Sequence record: MK714353.1
Origin: Klebsiella phage ST13-OXA48phi12.5
DNA length: 44,913 bases
Reading direction: 5' to 3' (one strand)
Positions 16,385 through 24,864 of this stretch are shown here, one piece after another. The position numbers and the translations under genes are program-made. Below the pieces are notes generated by a model. It had not been told where the DNA came from and did no database searches. It saw nothing but the letters and a program-made list of their open reading frames with translations. Within the stretch, counting starts at the first letter, position 1. Each line of letters opens with the position of its first letter.

Positions 16385-17190
16385 ACCTCGAATCTATCGC
16401 CAAATACTTCGCACCTAAATCACCAATGCTGAGCGACTCGCCACGGGCTACTGCATCAGATGGTCTAACTGGCACTGATATCATGGCCGCTCTTGGGCTG
16501 GTAAATGCCAAGTGCGGATTTGGCTTTGACCTCTATCTGGCAAAGATCGGGGTAAGCACACCCGACAGAGCAATGGAGCTACTTTATGAATCAGCAGAGC
16601 GATTATCAAACCGCTTTAACATCGTTTCAGAACTCAGCCAGGACGTTCGCAAAAGAGTTCTCGAAGTTCTGTGTGCTTTTGCATACCAGGATTACACGCG
16701 AAGTGCTGCCAGCGTTAGAAAATGCACTTGCTGCGATGGGACTGGCTTCACAGAGGCCCAAGTGTTCACCAATAAATGCTCATATCCATGGGGCAAGCCA
16801 CCTTATTGGGCAAAGATGTCCCGAGCGGTTCGCCCAAGCCACTGGGAATGCTGGAGCGAAGTGCGCGAAGTGGTCAAAGTTAAATGCTCAGCCTGTAACG
16901 GAAAGGGTGCTATCAGCAATTCGTGTCGCTGCAATGGGAAAGGAAAGGTACTGGATAAAGAGACCAGCGAGCGCCTTGGGCTGCCGGTAATGAAGGTGTG
17001 CGATCGCTGCAGCGGAAGAGGCTATGCGCGCATGAAGTTTTCGACGGTGATGGAAGGGGTAAGGGCTGTGGCTGACATTAAGAAAACGGCAGCTTATGAG
17101 CAACTGAAACCTTTCTTCGAGGAGCTGGTATCCGAATGTCACAAACAGGAATCCTACGCTGATGTCATTCTCTCCCGGGTGACAAAATAA
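16381..17190 (+). CDS. Putative late-gene antiterminator Q (Q82-like?) with four DnaJ-type CxxCxGxG zinc-finger repeats
   Basis: Sits in the Q position: last nin-region gene, immediately upstream of a PR'/tR'-like element and the lysis cassette. Repeats CTCCDGTG, CSACNGKG, CRCNGKG and CDRCSGRG. Confidence 0.5.
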   Translation: MNLESIAKYFAPKSPMLSDSPRATASDGLTGTDIMAALGLVNAKCGFGFDLYLAKIGVSTPDRAMELLYESAERLSNRFNIVSELSQDVRKRVLEVLCAFAYQDYTRSAASVRKCTCCDGTGFTEAQVFTNKCSYPWGKPPYWAKMSRAVRPSHWECWSEVREVVKVKCSACNGKGAISNSCRCNGKGKVLDKETSERLGLPVMKVCDRCSGRGYARMKFSTVMEGVRAVADIKKTAAYEQLKPFFEELVSECHKQESYADVILSRVTK

Positions 17191-17232
17191 TGAGTATTTT
17201 CTATAAAAATAAAATTTTGTGGAAAATAGCTA

Positions 17233-17261
17233 TTGCAATCTCCGGAAAAACTGGTTAGATT
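17233..17261 (+). promoter_or_regulatory. Candidate late promoter PR' (-35 TTGCAA 17233-17238, 17-bp spacer, -10 TAGATT 17256-17261)
   Basis: Sigma70-like hexamers located between the Q-like gene and a strong terminator, as for lambda PR'-6S-tR'. Confidence 0.4.
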
Positions 17262-17310
17262 CATCTCTAACGCTGGGAATCCGTTCAGTCATTCCGAAGC
17301 AAAAAAATTC

Positions 17311-17340
17311 AAGCCCGAGGTTAACGCCTTGGGCTTTTTC
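17311..17340 (+). terminator. tR'-like intrinsic terminator
   Basis: AAGCCCGAGG-TTAACG-CCTTGGGCTT hairpin (10-bp stem with one G.U) followed by TTTTC. Confidence 0.6.
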
Positions 17341-17346
17341 ATTTCA

Positions 17347-17421
17347 GGGTCAGAAGCACAGCGGTTGTGCGTTCGGCTGTTAACCGAATGGTCGAAGGTT
17401 CGAATCCTTCCTTTCCCGCCA
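17347..17421 (+). tRNA. Phage tRNA-Asn(GUU)-like, possibly a pseudo-tRNA (two acceptor-stem mismatches)
   Basis: Anticodon arm TTCGG-CTGTTAA-CCGAA (GTT at 17379-17381). D-arm GCAC-AGCGGTT-GTGC. T-arm GAAGG-TTCGAAT-CCTTC. 3' CTTTCCC-G-CCA. The 5' acceptor GGGTCAG pairs only 5/7. Confidence 0.45.
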
Positions 17422-17507
17422 GATAATGGCCTGACCTGATGACGAGCTCATAATCCAATCCATCAGGGGCGCTGCTGCAACAGCGTCACAGGCCACCACA
17501 ACACGCT

Positions 17508-17595
17508 GGATAGTTGGCTGAGAGGCCGAAAGCAGTCGGTTGCTAACCGATAAACCGGAAACGGTTCGCAGGTTCGAATCCTGCACTATCCGCCA
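17508..17595 (+). tRNA. Phage tRNA-Ser(GCU), type II with long variable arm
   Basis: Acceptor GGATAGT/ACTATCC. Anticodon arm GTCGG-TTGCTAA-CCGAT (GCT at 17542-17544). Long variable arm. T-arm GCAGG-TTCGAAT-CCTGC. G discriminator plus CCA at 17593-17595. Confidence 0.65.
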
Positions 17596-17786
17596 TATCC
17601 CTCTACCTTGGGACTATTACGGCTACCGCGCCGTCGCTTTTACCCTTGGTATTTCTTCCCGCCTTGAGCGGGTTTTTTATTTTCAGGGTCGCGGGTATCA
17701 CCCTCTACGCTTTGTTGGAAAATCAGCCCGACGGCCCTGAACCTTTCAAACACGCACAGCACCCGCTAACAACGCGAGGTGAGAGT

Positions 17787-18011
17787 ATGTATCGCATGGA
17801 AAAGATAACCACTGGTGCTGCCTATGGCGCTTCAGCCGGGAGCATCCTTAACGGCATGCTAAATGCCTACAGCCCCGAGCAGTGGAATGCCATCGGCGTA
17901 CTGGTGGGCATTGTCATCGCCGTACTTACGTATCTGACGAATTTGTATTTCAAGATTCGCGAAGACAACCGACGTAGCAGGAGCCGAGATGAACCCGACG
18001 CTGAGGAATAA
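17787..18011 (+). CDS. S: Pinholin (phage 21 S21-like class II holin, dual-start MYRM)
   Basis: 74 aa. [10 protein letters not shown] ... [28 protein letters not shown] closely matches S21 (...[29 protein letters not shown]). Two Met starts separated by a basic residue. The track ORF begins further upstream at 17646. Confidence 0.8.
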   Translation: MYRMEKITTGAAYGASAGSILNGMLNAYSPEQWNAIGVLVGIVIAVLTYLTNLYFKIREDNRRSRSRDEPDAEE

Positions 18012-18483
18012 GCTGATTGGTGCGATCGCCGGCGGTTCGGGCGCAATCGCCATTGCTTCTGTCATGCTTGGTAATGCCGACGGCCTGGAAGGAAGGCGTT
18101 ATTACGCCTATCAGGATGTTGTCGGCGTCTGGACTGTTTGTGATGGTCACACTGGCACCGATATTCGCCGCGGCCATCGTTATACCGACAGGGAATGCGA
18201 CAACCTGCTGAAGGCAGATCTGCGGAAGGTGGCAAGCGCCATTGACCCGCTAATCAAAGTCCGCATTCCTGATCCTACCCGCGCCGCGCTTTACTCATTC
18301 ACTTATAACGTTGGCTCTGGCGCTTTCGCCAGCTCTACGTTGTTGAAGAAATTGAATGCTGGAGACGTCCCTGGCGCGTGCAAGGAGTTGCAGCGCTGGA
18401 CGTATGCCGGTGGCAAGCAGTGGAAGGGGCTGATCACCAGGCGCGAGATTGAGCGTGAAGTCTGCGAGTGGGGCCAGAAATGA
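17989..18483 (+). CDS. R: SAR endolysin (R21-like lysozyme with N-terminal signal-anchor-release domain)
   Basis: N-terminal Gly/Ala-rich weakly hydrophobic SAR segment [19 protein letters not shown]. Lysozyme E...D...T catalytic region ([25 protein letters not shown]). Overlaps the holin end. Confidence 0.85.
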   Translation: MNPTLRNKLIGAIAGGSGAIAIASVMLGNADGLEGRRYYAYQDVVGVWTVCDGHTGTDIRRGHRYTDRECDNLLKADLRKVASAIDPLIKVRIPDPTRAALYSFTYNVGSGAFASSTLLKKLNAGDVPGACKELQRWTYAGGKQWKGLITRREIEREVCEWGQK

Positions 18484-18830
18484 GCCGATTAACCGCAATC
18501 ATCAGCGCTGTAGTCATCCTTCTGCTTTCCTGCTTTTTCTCGTGGCGTTCTGGCTGGAATTCTCACGCTGACCATATCAACGCCCTCGCGGCGAAGAGGA
18601 AAGAGAAAGCCGAAAAGACTATTCAGCCAGTTGAGCAAAAGGCCGCTGCCGCTACAGAAGAGGGCAAGGTCATCTACCGAACCTTAACCCGCGACGTGGT
18701 GAAATATGTTCAGTCTCCGAATCGTACTGTGTGCCGGTTTGACGATGATGCTGTGCAGCTGCGCCAGCGAGCTATCGACGCTGCCAACGCCATCCCCGGA
18801 TTTGATGAGCCCTCCGTGCAAAGCAAGTGA
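18480..18830 (+). CDS. Rz: i-spanin Rz
   Basis: N-terminal TM ([17 protein letters not shown]). Coiled-coil periplasmic domain. ATGA overlap with the endolysin stop. Confidence 0.7.
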   Translation: MSRLTAIISAVVILLLSCFFSWRSGWNSHADHINALAAKRKEKAEKTIQPVEQKAAAATEEGKVIYRTLTRDVVKYVQSPNRTVCRFDDDAVQLRQRAIDAANAIPGFDEPSVQSK

Positions 18831-18948
18831 CGCAGGGAAGGATACCGACGAAGATCTCCAGTCGGACGTCGAAACCGCTCAATGTCTGCGACAACTGCGG
18901 TTGGATAAGTACCGCTGGCAGGCCTACTACCGGGCAATCAGCCAGTAG
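18706..18948 (+). CDS. Rz1: o-spanin Rz1 (lipoprotein, overlapped type)
   Basis: +1 frame ORF starting inside Rz and extending beyond it. Signal peptide with lipobox-like LCSC. Mature part Pro-rich ([14 protein letters not shown]). Confidence 0.55.
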   Translation: MFSLRIVLCAGLTMMLCSCASELSTLPTPSPDLMSPPCKASDAGKDTDEDLQSDVETAQCLRQLRLDKYRWQAYYRAISQ

Positions 18949-18983
18949 CAGGAATACATCACCACGCAGTGCCTGAGGTAACG

Positions 18984-19091
18984 ATGCTGATACTCTTCAT
19001 TCTCCTGTCGATCTGGCTCTGTCGACTGTCGGAGAAGCCTAGCTGGTTTAAGGTCAGCCATATTATCTCAATGCTGGCGCTCGAGGATTAG
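18984..19091 (+). CDS. Candidate micro-ORF, 35-aa hydrophobic peptide
   Basis: MLILFILLSIWLCRLSEKPSWFKVSHIISMLALED with a GAGGT Shine-Dalgarno 5 nt upstream. Follows Rz1 by 35 nt. Confidence 0.2.
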   Translation: MLILFILLSIWLCRLSEKPSWFKVSHIISMLALED

Positions 19092-19352
19092 CATCCGGCA
19101 CGCAGTAAGGGGCTGCGCTGAGATAAGAGCCATGCATTCCAAAGCTCATCCACGGGTGGGCTTGAAAATGACCAGGAATTGAGTAAAGTAATCTAGTCGA
19201 AACGCTTAGCGTCTCTCAGCGGTTGCCTCCTGAGACTGATGATGACAGGCATGTTAGGAATGCAATACGGCTTAACCTCGTTTTTGTTCTCTTTCATGAT
19301 CGCGGAATCAATTAGTTTGTTCGCAGAAATCATCTGCAAGGAGGGTACATTT

Positions 19353-19454
19353 ATGGGAAATAAATCTCGTGAGAAATTGACTCAAATGTATAGTGTTAAA
19401 GGTACTGTTTCATCAGGACTGGAGGCATGCCGCATTTACAGGATAACCTGCTGA
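19353..19454 (+). CDS. Candidate micro-ORF, 33 aa
   Basis: Strong AAGGAGGG Shine-Dalgarno 7 nt upstream of the ATG. Followed 38 nt later by an intrinsic terminator. Confidence 0.25.
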   Translation: MGNKSREKLTQMYSVKGTVSSGLEACRIYRITC

Positions 19455-19492
19455 TGATCTCGTGAAACTCGAGTGAAAAATGGATGAGAACT

Positions 19493-19516
19493 AAGCCACC
19501 TAAGGGTGGCTTTTTT
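19493..19516 (+). terminator. Rho-independent terminator
   Basis: AAGCCACC-TAAG-GGTGGCTT hairpin followed by TTTTTT. Confidence 0.55.
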
Positions 19517-19644
19517 AATGGCTTGGTATACTGCGGACACACCGATCCCTGGAATGGAGGTTCCGTTCACGTGGAAGGCTAGTCTGGAGTTAAACGCGAA
19601 GCTTTACTCTGCGCTGGGACAGTGCAATCTGGATAAGGCGGGGA

Positions 19645-19761
19645 TTAGAAGCGTCGAGAAAGGTCGGCAATCAATTTACGGTAAGCGGTGATGAGACAAA
19701 TGATGTGGGTCGCCAGTAAAACATATGAATCGATCAGTTGAATAATTTCGATGTGAGACAT
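19645..19761 (-). CDS. Candidate micro-ORF, 38-aa single-TM peptide
   Basis: MSHIEIIQLIDSYVLLATHIICLITAYRKLIADLSRRF on the minus strand. Perfect AGGAGG Shine-Dalgarno 4 nt before the ATG. Confidence 0.25.
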   Translation of the reverse strand: MSHIEIIQLIDSYVLLATHIICLITAYRKLIADLSRRF

Positions 19762-20140
19762 TAAACCTCCTTGGTGAGTTGATGGTTTCGTGCGTTCTAT
19801 TGTGTAACTTATCCCTCCGCGTGGCTCTTCCTACTCCTGTAACATTAAATTCTTACGCGGTGGTGTATCTATACTCGCCACTATTAAACCCGCCGCGCGT
19901 TGGACAAGTTCTTCCTATAGTGAGTCTTAATAGCTTCTGAGCAGTCTTTGTCTCTTATAAGAGACAAGCACATCCATGCCGGCAGACAAAGGTAGGTACC
20001 GAAAGAGGCGTTCAATAATTTTATAAAGTTCTGCAAATGATGCCTTTTGGTATCATTGACAGAGTTTTATGTGAGTTTACGGGTGCTGCGATGTCGAAAT
20101 TACCGAGAGTGCATCAAAGCAACCCAGAGGATTATTCTGT

Positions 20141-20776
20141 ATGGCTGGAAATGACAATCGCAGACCATACCCTCCCGTCAACTTCACTGGCGAAAACTGG
20201 CTGCCGTATACCAGGCTGATCCCTGCTATCGAAATTGGCGAATGGGTAAATCAGAACATCCTCTCCGAAGAGGGCCGAATCCATAACCCTGACCATGCGC
20301 ACTTGCTCGATGCTGATGTCGCGTTCATGTGGGCCTCTGGCTCATTCGCCAAAAGCGGCCGCATTGTGCTTGGTCAGTGTGAGCAGGTAATGATGCGCGC
20401 CGGTGGCTGGCAGAAATCCCGCATGGAGCAGCAGATGCATGAATGGTTCGGTCGTATACCGAAGTTCATCATCACTCTGGCTGCTGACTACTGCGAGCAA
20501 TGTAACGATCTGGAGTTCTGCGCACTGGTAGAGCATGAGCTTTACCACATTGCCCAGGCTACCGATGACTATGGCGCGCCGAAGTTCAACAAAGAGACCG
20601 GTATGCCGGTGCTCAAACTTCGCGGCCATGACGTCGAGGAATTCGTCGGAGTGGTCCGGCGTTACGGCGCCAGCAAAGACGTGCAGGAAATGGTGGATGC
20701 GGCGAACAGGCCGGCGGAGGTTGCTCATATCGATGTTGCCAGGGCGTGCGGGACGTGCATGCTGAAACTGGCTTAA
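20141..20776 (+). CDS. Putative phage zinc metallopeptidase (HExxH)
   Basis: HELYH motif (VEHELYHIAQ) in a 211-aa protein. Sits directly upstream of the terminase genes, as commonly seen in enterobacterial prophages. Confidence 0.55.
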   Translation: MAGNDNRRPYPPVNFTGENWLPYTRLIPAIEIGEWVNQNILSEEGRIHNPDHAHLLDADVAFMWASGSFAKSGRIVLGQCEQVMMRAGGWQKSRMEQQMHEWFGRIPKFIITLAADYCEQCNDLEFCALVEHELYHIAQATDDYGAPKFNKETGMPVLKLRGHDVEEFVGVVRRYGASKDVQEMVDAANRPAEVAHIDVARACGTCMLKLA

Positions 20777-20806
20777 TTCTGGAATGCTTTGGAAGGATGG
20801 TGATTC

Positions 20807-21274
20807 ATGGCTGCACTAAAACCGGAAGTTAAAGCCACCATCGTTCAAATGCTTGCGTGCTATGACACGCTGTCGATTGTGGTCGACGCCATCCAAAAAG
20901 ATTACGGGATAAAAGTCACCCCTCAGCAAGTTGAATCGCACGATCCGACGAAGGTCAGCGGCAAGGGTCTGGCTAAAAAGTGGGTAGACCTCTTCAACCA
21001 TACCCGCGACCGTTTTCTCAACGAAATTTCCGATATCCCGATCGCCAACAAGGCCTACCGTCTGCGCGTACTGCAGCGAATGTCGACGACTGCTGAGAAT
21101 ATGAAGAACATCGGTATGACGGCCCAACTACTGGAGCAGGCAGCAAAAGAGGTGGGTGAGGCTTACAGCAATAAGCAAAAAGTCGAACACACCAGTCCTG
21201 ACGGTAGCATGTCGCCGCGACCAACGACGATCAGACTGGTAGGAGTAGAGCCAACTAATGGAAAGTCAGGTTGA
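20807..21274 (+). CDS. Terminase small subunit (DUF2280-like HTH)
   Basis: Immediately precedes and overlaps the large terminase. The N-terminus KPEVKATIVQMLACYDTLSIVVDAIQKDYGIKVTPQQV resembles DUF2280-type TerS proteins. Confidence 0.55.
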   Translation: MAALKPEVKATIVQMLACYDTLSIVVDAIQKDYGIKVTPQQVESHDPTKVSGKGLAKKWVDLFNHTRDRFLNEISDIPIANKAYRLRVLQRMSTTAENMKNIGMTAQLLEQAAKEVGEAYSNKQKVEHTSPDGSMSPRPTTIRLVGVEPTNGKSG

Positions 21275-22577
21275 CCTACAAATCCCGGCGAAGCTTGTTC
21301 CCGTATTCGCGACAGAGGGCATTCGCTATCGTGGCGCGCATGGTGGTCGCGGTTCCGCAAAGACGCGCACATTCGCGCTGATGAGTGCGGTTAAAGCGTA
21401 TCAGGCAGCCGAAAGCGGATTAAGCGGCGTCATACTCTGCGCTCGCGAGTTTATGAACTCCCTCGAAGAGTCATCAATGGAGGAAGTAAAACAGGCGATC
21501 CGGTCCGTTCCCTGGCTGGATGATTACTTCGATATTGGCGAAAAATACATCCGCACCAAAAACCGCAACGTCAGCTACGTCTTCTGCGGCTTGCGCCACA
21601 ACCTAGACAGTATTAAGTCAAAGGCGCGCATTCTGGTTGCTTGGGTGGATGAGGCTGAGTCGGTATCGGCGACGGCCTGGAAGAAGTTGCGACCGACTGT
21701 ACGAGAAAATGGCTCTGAAATCTGGGTGACATGGAACCCGGAAAAAGACGGCAGCGCCACTGATAAGCTCTTCAGAAAGAACCCGCCGAAAAGCTCGATG
21801 ATTGTCGAAATGAACTACAGCGACAATCCATGGTTCCCGGATGTACTCGAAGAAGAGCGGCTCGAAGATCTGGAAAACCTCGACTACGCCGATTATGCGT
21901 GGATTTGGGAAGGCGCTTATCTGGAGAACTCTGATAAACAGGTGCTGGCGAATAAATACGTGGTGCAGAGCTTTGAAGATGACCTCTGGAAGAAATCAGA
22001 ACGCCTGCTATTTGGTGCTGACTTCGGCTTCGCAAAAGACCCGAGCACGCTTATTCGCATGTTCATTCTGGATAACAACCTCTACATCGAATACGAGGCC
22101 TACGGCAACGGGGTAGAGCTTGACGATATGTGGAAGTTCTATGCTGGCAAAACCGATGCCACACCGAAACAACTTGAAGACTGGAAGGTTACTGACGAGG
22201 CGAAATTCCCCGGCATACCCGAGGCTCGCAAATGGCCTATCAAAGCTGATAATTCCAGACCTGAAACTATCAGCCATATCAAGGGACAGGGATTCAATAT
22301 CTCAGCAGCTCAGAAATGGCAGGGCAGCGTTGAGGATGGCATTACCTGTCTACGTGGCTTTAAGAAAATCATCATTCATCCACGCTGCAAAGAGACAGCG
22401 AAAGAGGCTCGGCTTTACTCGTACAAAACGGACCGGATCACTGGCGAAGTCTTGCCAGTTATTGAGGACAAAAACAACCACTGTTGGGATGGTGTCCGGT
22501 ACGGTCTGGACGGGTATATCAAACGTAAACCTCAGTCGATGGGAATGATGATTCCAAAACGCCTTCAGGGCAGATAA
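21258..22577 (+). CDS. terL: Terminase large subunit
   Basis: N-terminal ATPase with Walker A GAHGGRGSAKT and Walker B-like VDEAE. 439 aa. C-terminal nuclease-fold acidic residues. Sits in the canonical position before the portal. Confidence 0.85.
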   Translation: MESQVDLQIPAKLVPVFATEGIRYRGAHGGRGSAKTRTFALMSAVKAYQAAESGLSGVILCAREFMNSLEESSMEEVKQAIRSVPWLDDYFDIGEKYIRTKNRNVSYVFCGLRHNLDSIKSKARILVAWVDEAESVSATAWKKLRPTVRENGSEIWVTWNPEKDGSATDKLFRKNPPKSSMIVEMNYSDNPWFPDVLEEERLEDLENLDYADYAWIWEGAYLENSDKQVLANKYVVQSFEDDLWKKSERLLFGADFGFAKDPSTLIRMFILDNNLYIEYEAYGNGVELDDMWKFYAGKTDATPKQLEDWKVTDEAKFPGIPEARKWPIKADNSRPETISHIKGQGFNISAAQKWQGSVEDGITCLRGFKKIIIHPRCKETAKEARLYSYKTDRITGEVLPVIEDKNNHCWDGVRYGLDGYIKRKPQSMGMMIPKRLQGR

Positions 22578-22595
22578 TCCAACTACGGACAAACC

Positions 22596-23945
22596 ATGAC
22601 TGACAAATTAACTCTCGCCGTCAACCATGCGTTGAACGATGCGCGGATGGCGCGCGCCCGTATGGGGCTGATGGCGCCGACGATGGGGCTGGACAATAAG
22701 CGCCATTCTGCATGGTGCGAGTATGGCTTCCCTGAACAGGTCACCTACGAAAACCTCTACGCCCTGTACCGTCGCGGTGGTATCGCTCACGGTGCCGTTG
22801 AGAAACTGGTGGGCAAGTGCTGGCAGACAAACCCGGAAATCATCGAGGGTGATGATGCGGACGAGAGCAAGGATGAAACAGACTGGGAGAAGAAGGCCAA
22901 AAAGGTTTTCACAAAGCGTCTATGGCGGGCCTTTGCTGAAGCTGACCGCCGCCGCCTGGTCGGACGATACGCCGGTATCCTGCTGCACATCAATGATTCC
23001 AGAACGTGGGATCAGCCGGTTGTCCGGGGGAAGTCACTCAAAAAGGTAACGATCGCATGGGCCGGTTCGTTAACTGTTAGTCAATGGGTTACTGACGAGA
23101 ATTCGGCAGATTACGGCCAGCCAAAGCAGTGGAAATACGTTGAGAGCCTGCCAAATGGCGGGACAAATCAGCGCTTCGTACATCCTGACCGCGTCTTCAT
23201 ACTTGGTGACTATTCTAATGATGCTATTGGCTTCCTTGAGCCTGGCTATAACGCTTGCGTTAGTCTCGAGAAGGTTGAGGGTGGTTCAGGCGAGGCATTC
23301 CTGAAAAACGCTGCTAATAAGCAGAGCATTAATTTCGATAAAGACGTTGATTTCAACAATCTTGCTTCTTTGTATGGTGTCTCTGTTGATGAACTTCAGG
23401 AGAGATATAACGATGCTGCGAGAGAGTTAAACATCGGTAATGACGTTCTTCTGATTACTCAGGGTGCTCAGGTAACGTCGATGGTGTCGGCAGTTTCAGA
23501 TCCTGACCCAACCTATAACGTCAACCTGCAAACCTTTGCCGCTTCTGTCGATGAGCCGGTGAAAATTCTGGTGGGGATGCAAACTGGCGAAAGAGCGAGC
23601 ACTGAAGATCAGAAGTATATGAATGCTCGCTGCCAGTCACGCCGCGGTGACCTGTCATTCGAAATTGAAGACTTCTGTGACAAGCTTATCGACCTGGTAA
23701 TCATTGATCCTATCAGCGAAAAGACTGTTATCTGGGATGACCTCAACGAGCAGACTGGAACTGAAAAGCTCGCCAATGCAAAAACTATGGCTGAGATTAA
23801 CCAGACGTTCCAGGGCAGCGGAGAAAATCCGGCATTCAGTCGCGAAGAAATTCGCACAGCTGCCGGTTATGAAAACACCGATGAATTCCCGTTAGGAGAA
23901 GAGGATGGCGACGAAGAAGACGAAGCCACCGATTCTACCGCGTAA
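22596..23945 (+). CDS. Portal protein
   Basis: 449-aa protein directly after terL with an acidic C-terminal tail. Resembles DUF1073-type portals from memory. Confidence 0.6.
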   Translation: MTDKLTLAVNHALNDARMARARMGLMAPTMGLDNKRHSAWCEYGFPEQVTYENLYALYRRGGIAHGAVEKLVGKCWQTNPEIIEGDDADESKDETDWEKKAKKVFTKRLWRAFAEADRRRLVGRYAGILLHINDSRTWDQPVVRGKSLKKVTIAWAGSLTVSQWVTDENSADYGQPKQWKYVESLPNGGTNQRFVHPDRVFILGDYSNDAIGFLEPGYNACVSLEKVEGGSGEAFLKNAANKQSINFDKDVDFNNLASLYGVSVDELQERYNDAARELNIGNDVLLITQGAQVTSMVSAVSDPDPTYNVNLQTFAASVDEPVKILVGMQTGERASTEDQKYMNARCQSRRGDLSFEIEDFCDKLIDLVIIDPISEKTVIWDDLNEQTGTEKLANAKTMAEINQTFQGSGENPAFSREEIRTAAGYENTDEFPLGEEDGDEEDEATDSTA

Positions 23946-24855
23946 CTATCAGGACCCGACCGGAGCTGATGCGCTGGAGCGCCGGGCGATGAAAGATTTC
24001 GCCAGGCGGATGAATAAGATTGGCAAAGCGTACAAAGCAGCACTCGACAAAATACCATCCTCTCTCGCAGTAAACGCCAGATACGAATACCAGCTAAACC
24101 CAGCGCTACTCTCCATCATCCTGAATGATGCCAGTTATCTGGTTGATCAGGTGCTTCTGGATGGTAACGAGTACAACCTGTGGTTTTATGAGTATGTCGA
24201 TTTGGCGTCAGAGAAAGGCACAGGACAGTCGTTCTACAACCTCAGCCAGCAGTCGCCGGTTTACGCCGCCGGACGTGAGTCCCTGGCATTCATCCTTGCA
24301 AGCGACCCGTACCAGCAACGAATGGCGTTGGTGCATGCCCGTGTGTTTGAGGAAATGAAGGGGCTGAGCGCGGACGTTAAACGCGACATGGCGCGAGTGC
24401 TGACTGATGGTGTGGGCCGCGGCCTTAATCCCCGCGACATTGCCCGCAACCTCACAGAACAGACGGGCATCGAGAAGCGTCGGGCTAACCGTATAGCCCG
24501 CACCGAAGTCACTACCGCGCTGCGCCGGGCTAGATGGGATGAAGCGGAGTCATCAATGGATGATCTCGGCTTAAACTTCAGGCTTCTCCACCTTTCCGCA
24601 TTAAGCCCCACAACGCGAATAAAGCACGCCCTGAGACACGCGCATACATACACAGTCCAGGAGGTCAGGGACTGGTATGCCGTTGATGCGAACTCAATAA
24701 ACTGCAAATGCAGCCAGGTGGAAGTGCTTGTTGATGCGGATGGTAAGCCGCTTTATCCGAACGTCATCGAAATGGCTAAGAAGGAATTCGACAGTCATTG
24801 GAAAAAGATGAAGGTCAATCATTCAGTTTGTCATTGCTGCAAAAAGGCAGCTTGA
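23905..24855 (+). CDS. Head morphogenesis protein (Mu F / SPP1 gp7 family)
   Basis: RRANRIARTEVTTALRRARWDE block typical of Phage_Mu_F. Follows the portal. C-terminal Cys cluster. Confidence 0.65.
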   Translation: MATKKTKPPILPRNYQDPTGADALERRAMKDFARRMNKIGKAYKAALDKIPSSLAVNARYEYQLNPALLSIILNDASYLVDQVLLDGNEYNLWFYEYVDLASEKGTGQSFYNLSQQSPVYAAGRESLAFILASDPYQQRMALVHARVFEEMKGLSADVKRDMARVLTDGVGRGLNPRDIARNLTEQTGIEKRRANRIARTEVTTALRRARWDEAESSMDDLGLNFRLLHLSALSPTTRIKHALRHAHTYTVQEVRDWYAVDANSINCKCSQVEVLVDADGKPLYPNVIEMAKKEFDSHWKKMKVNHSVCHCCKKAA

Positions 24856-24864
24856 GGTTAAACC

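Noticed and set aside
17421-17508. Possible third tRNA between the Asn-like and Ser tRNAs
   Set aside because: There is only an imperfect hairpin (GGCGCTGCTGCAACAGCGTCAC) without a T-loop, anticodon arm or CCA end. No cloverleaf could be drawn.
19948-19967. Possible Tn5/IS50 insertion suggested by the mosaic-end-like palindrome
   Set aside because: No transposase gene, antibiotic marker or paired inverted ends with 9-bp target duplications are present. It is a single palindrome, so a real Tn5 insertion is not supported. It is kept only as a curiosity in the findings.
20037-20219. 60-aa ORF overlapping the start of the metallopeptidase gene
   Set aside because: It lies in a different frame across the Shine-Dalgarno and start region of the 211-aa HExxH protein and has no ribosome-binding site of its own.
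24261-24707. 148-aa minus ORF inside the head-morphogenesis gene, and similar antisense ORFs at 30970-31470, 35589-35972 and 39825-40328
   Set aside because: They are embedded antisense within confident structural genes (Mu-F-like protein, chaperone, tape measure, J-like protein) and have no independent support.
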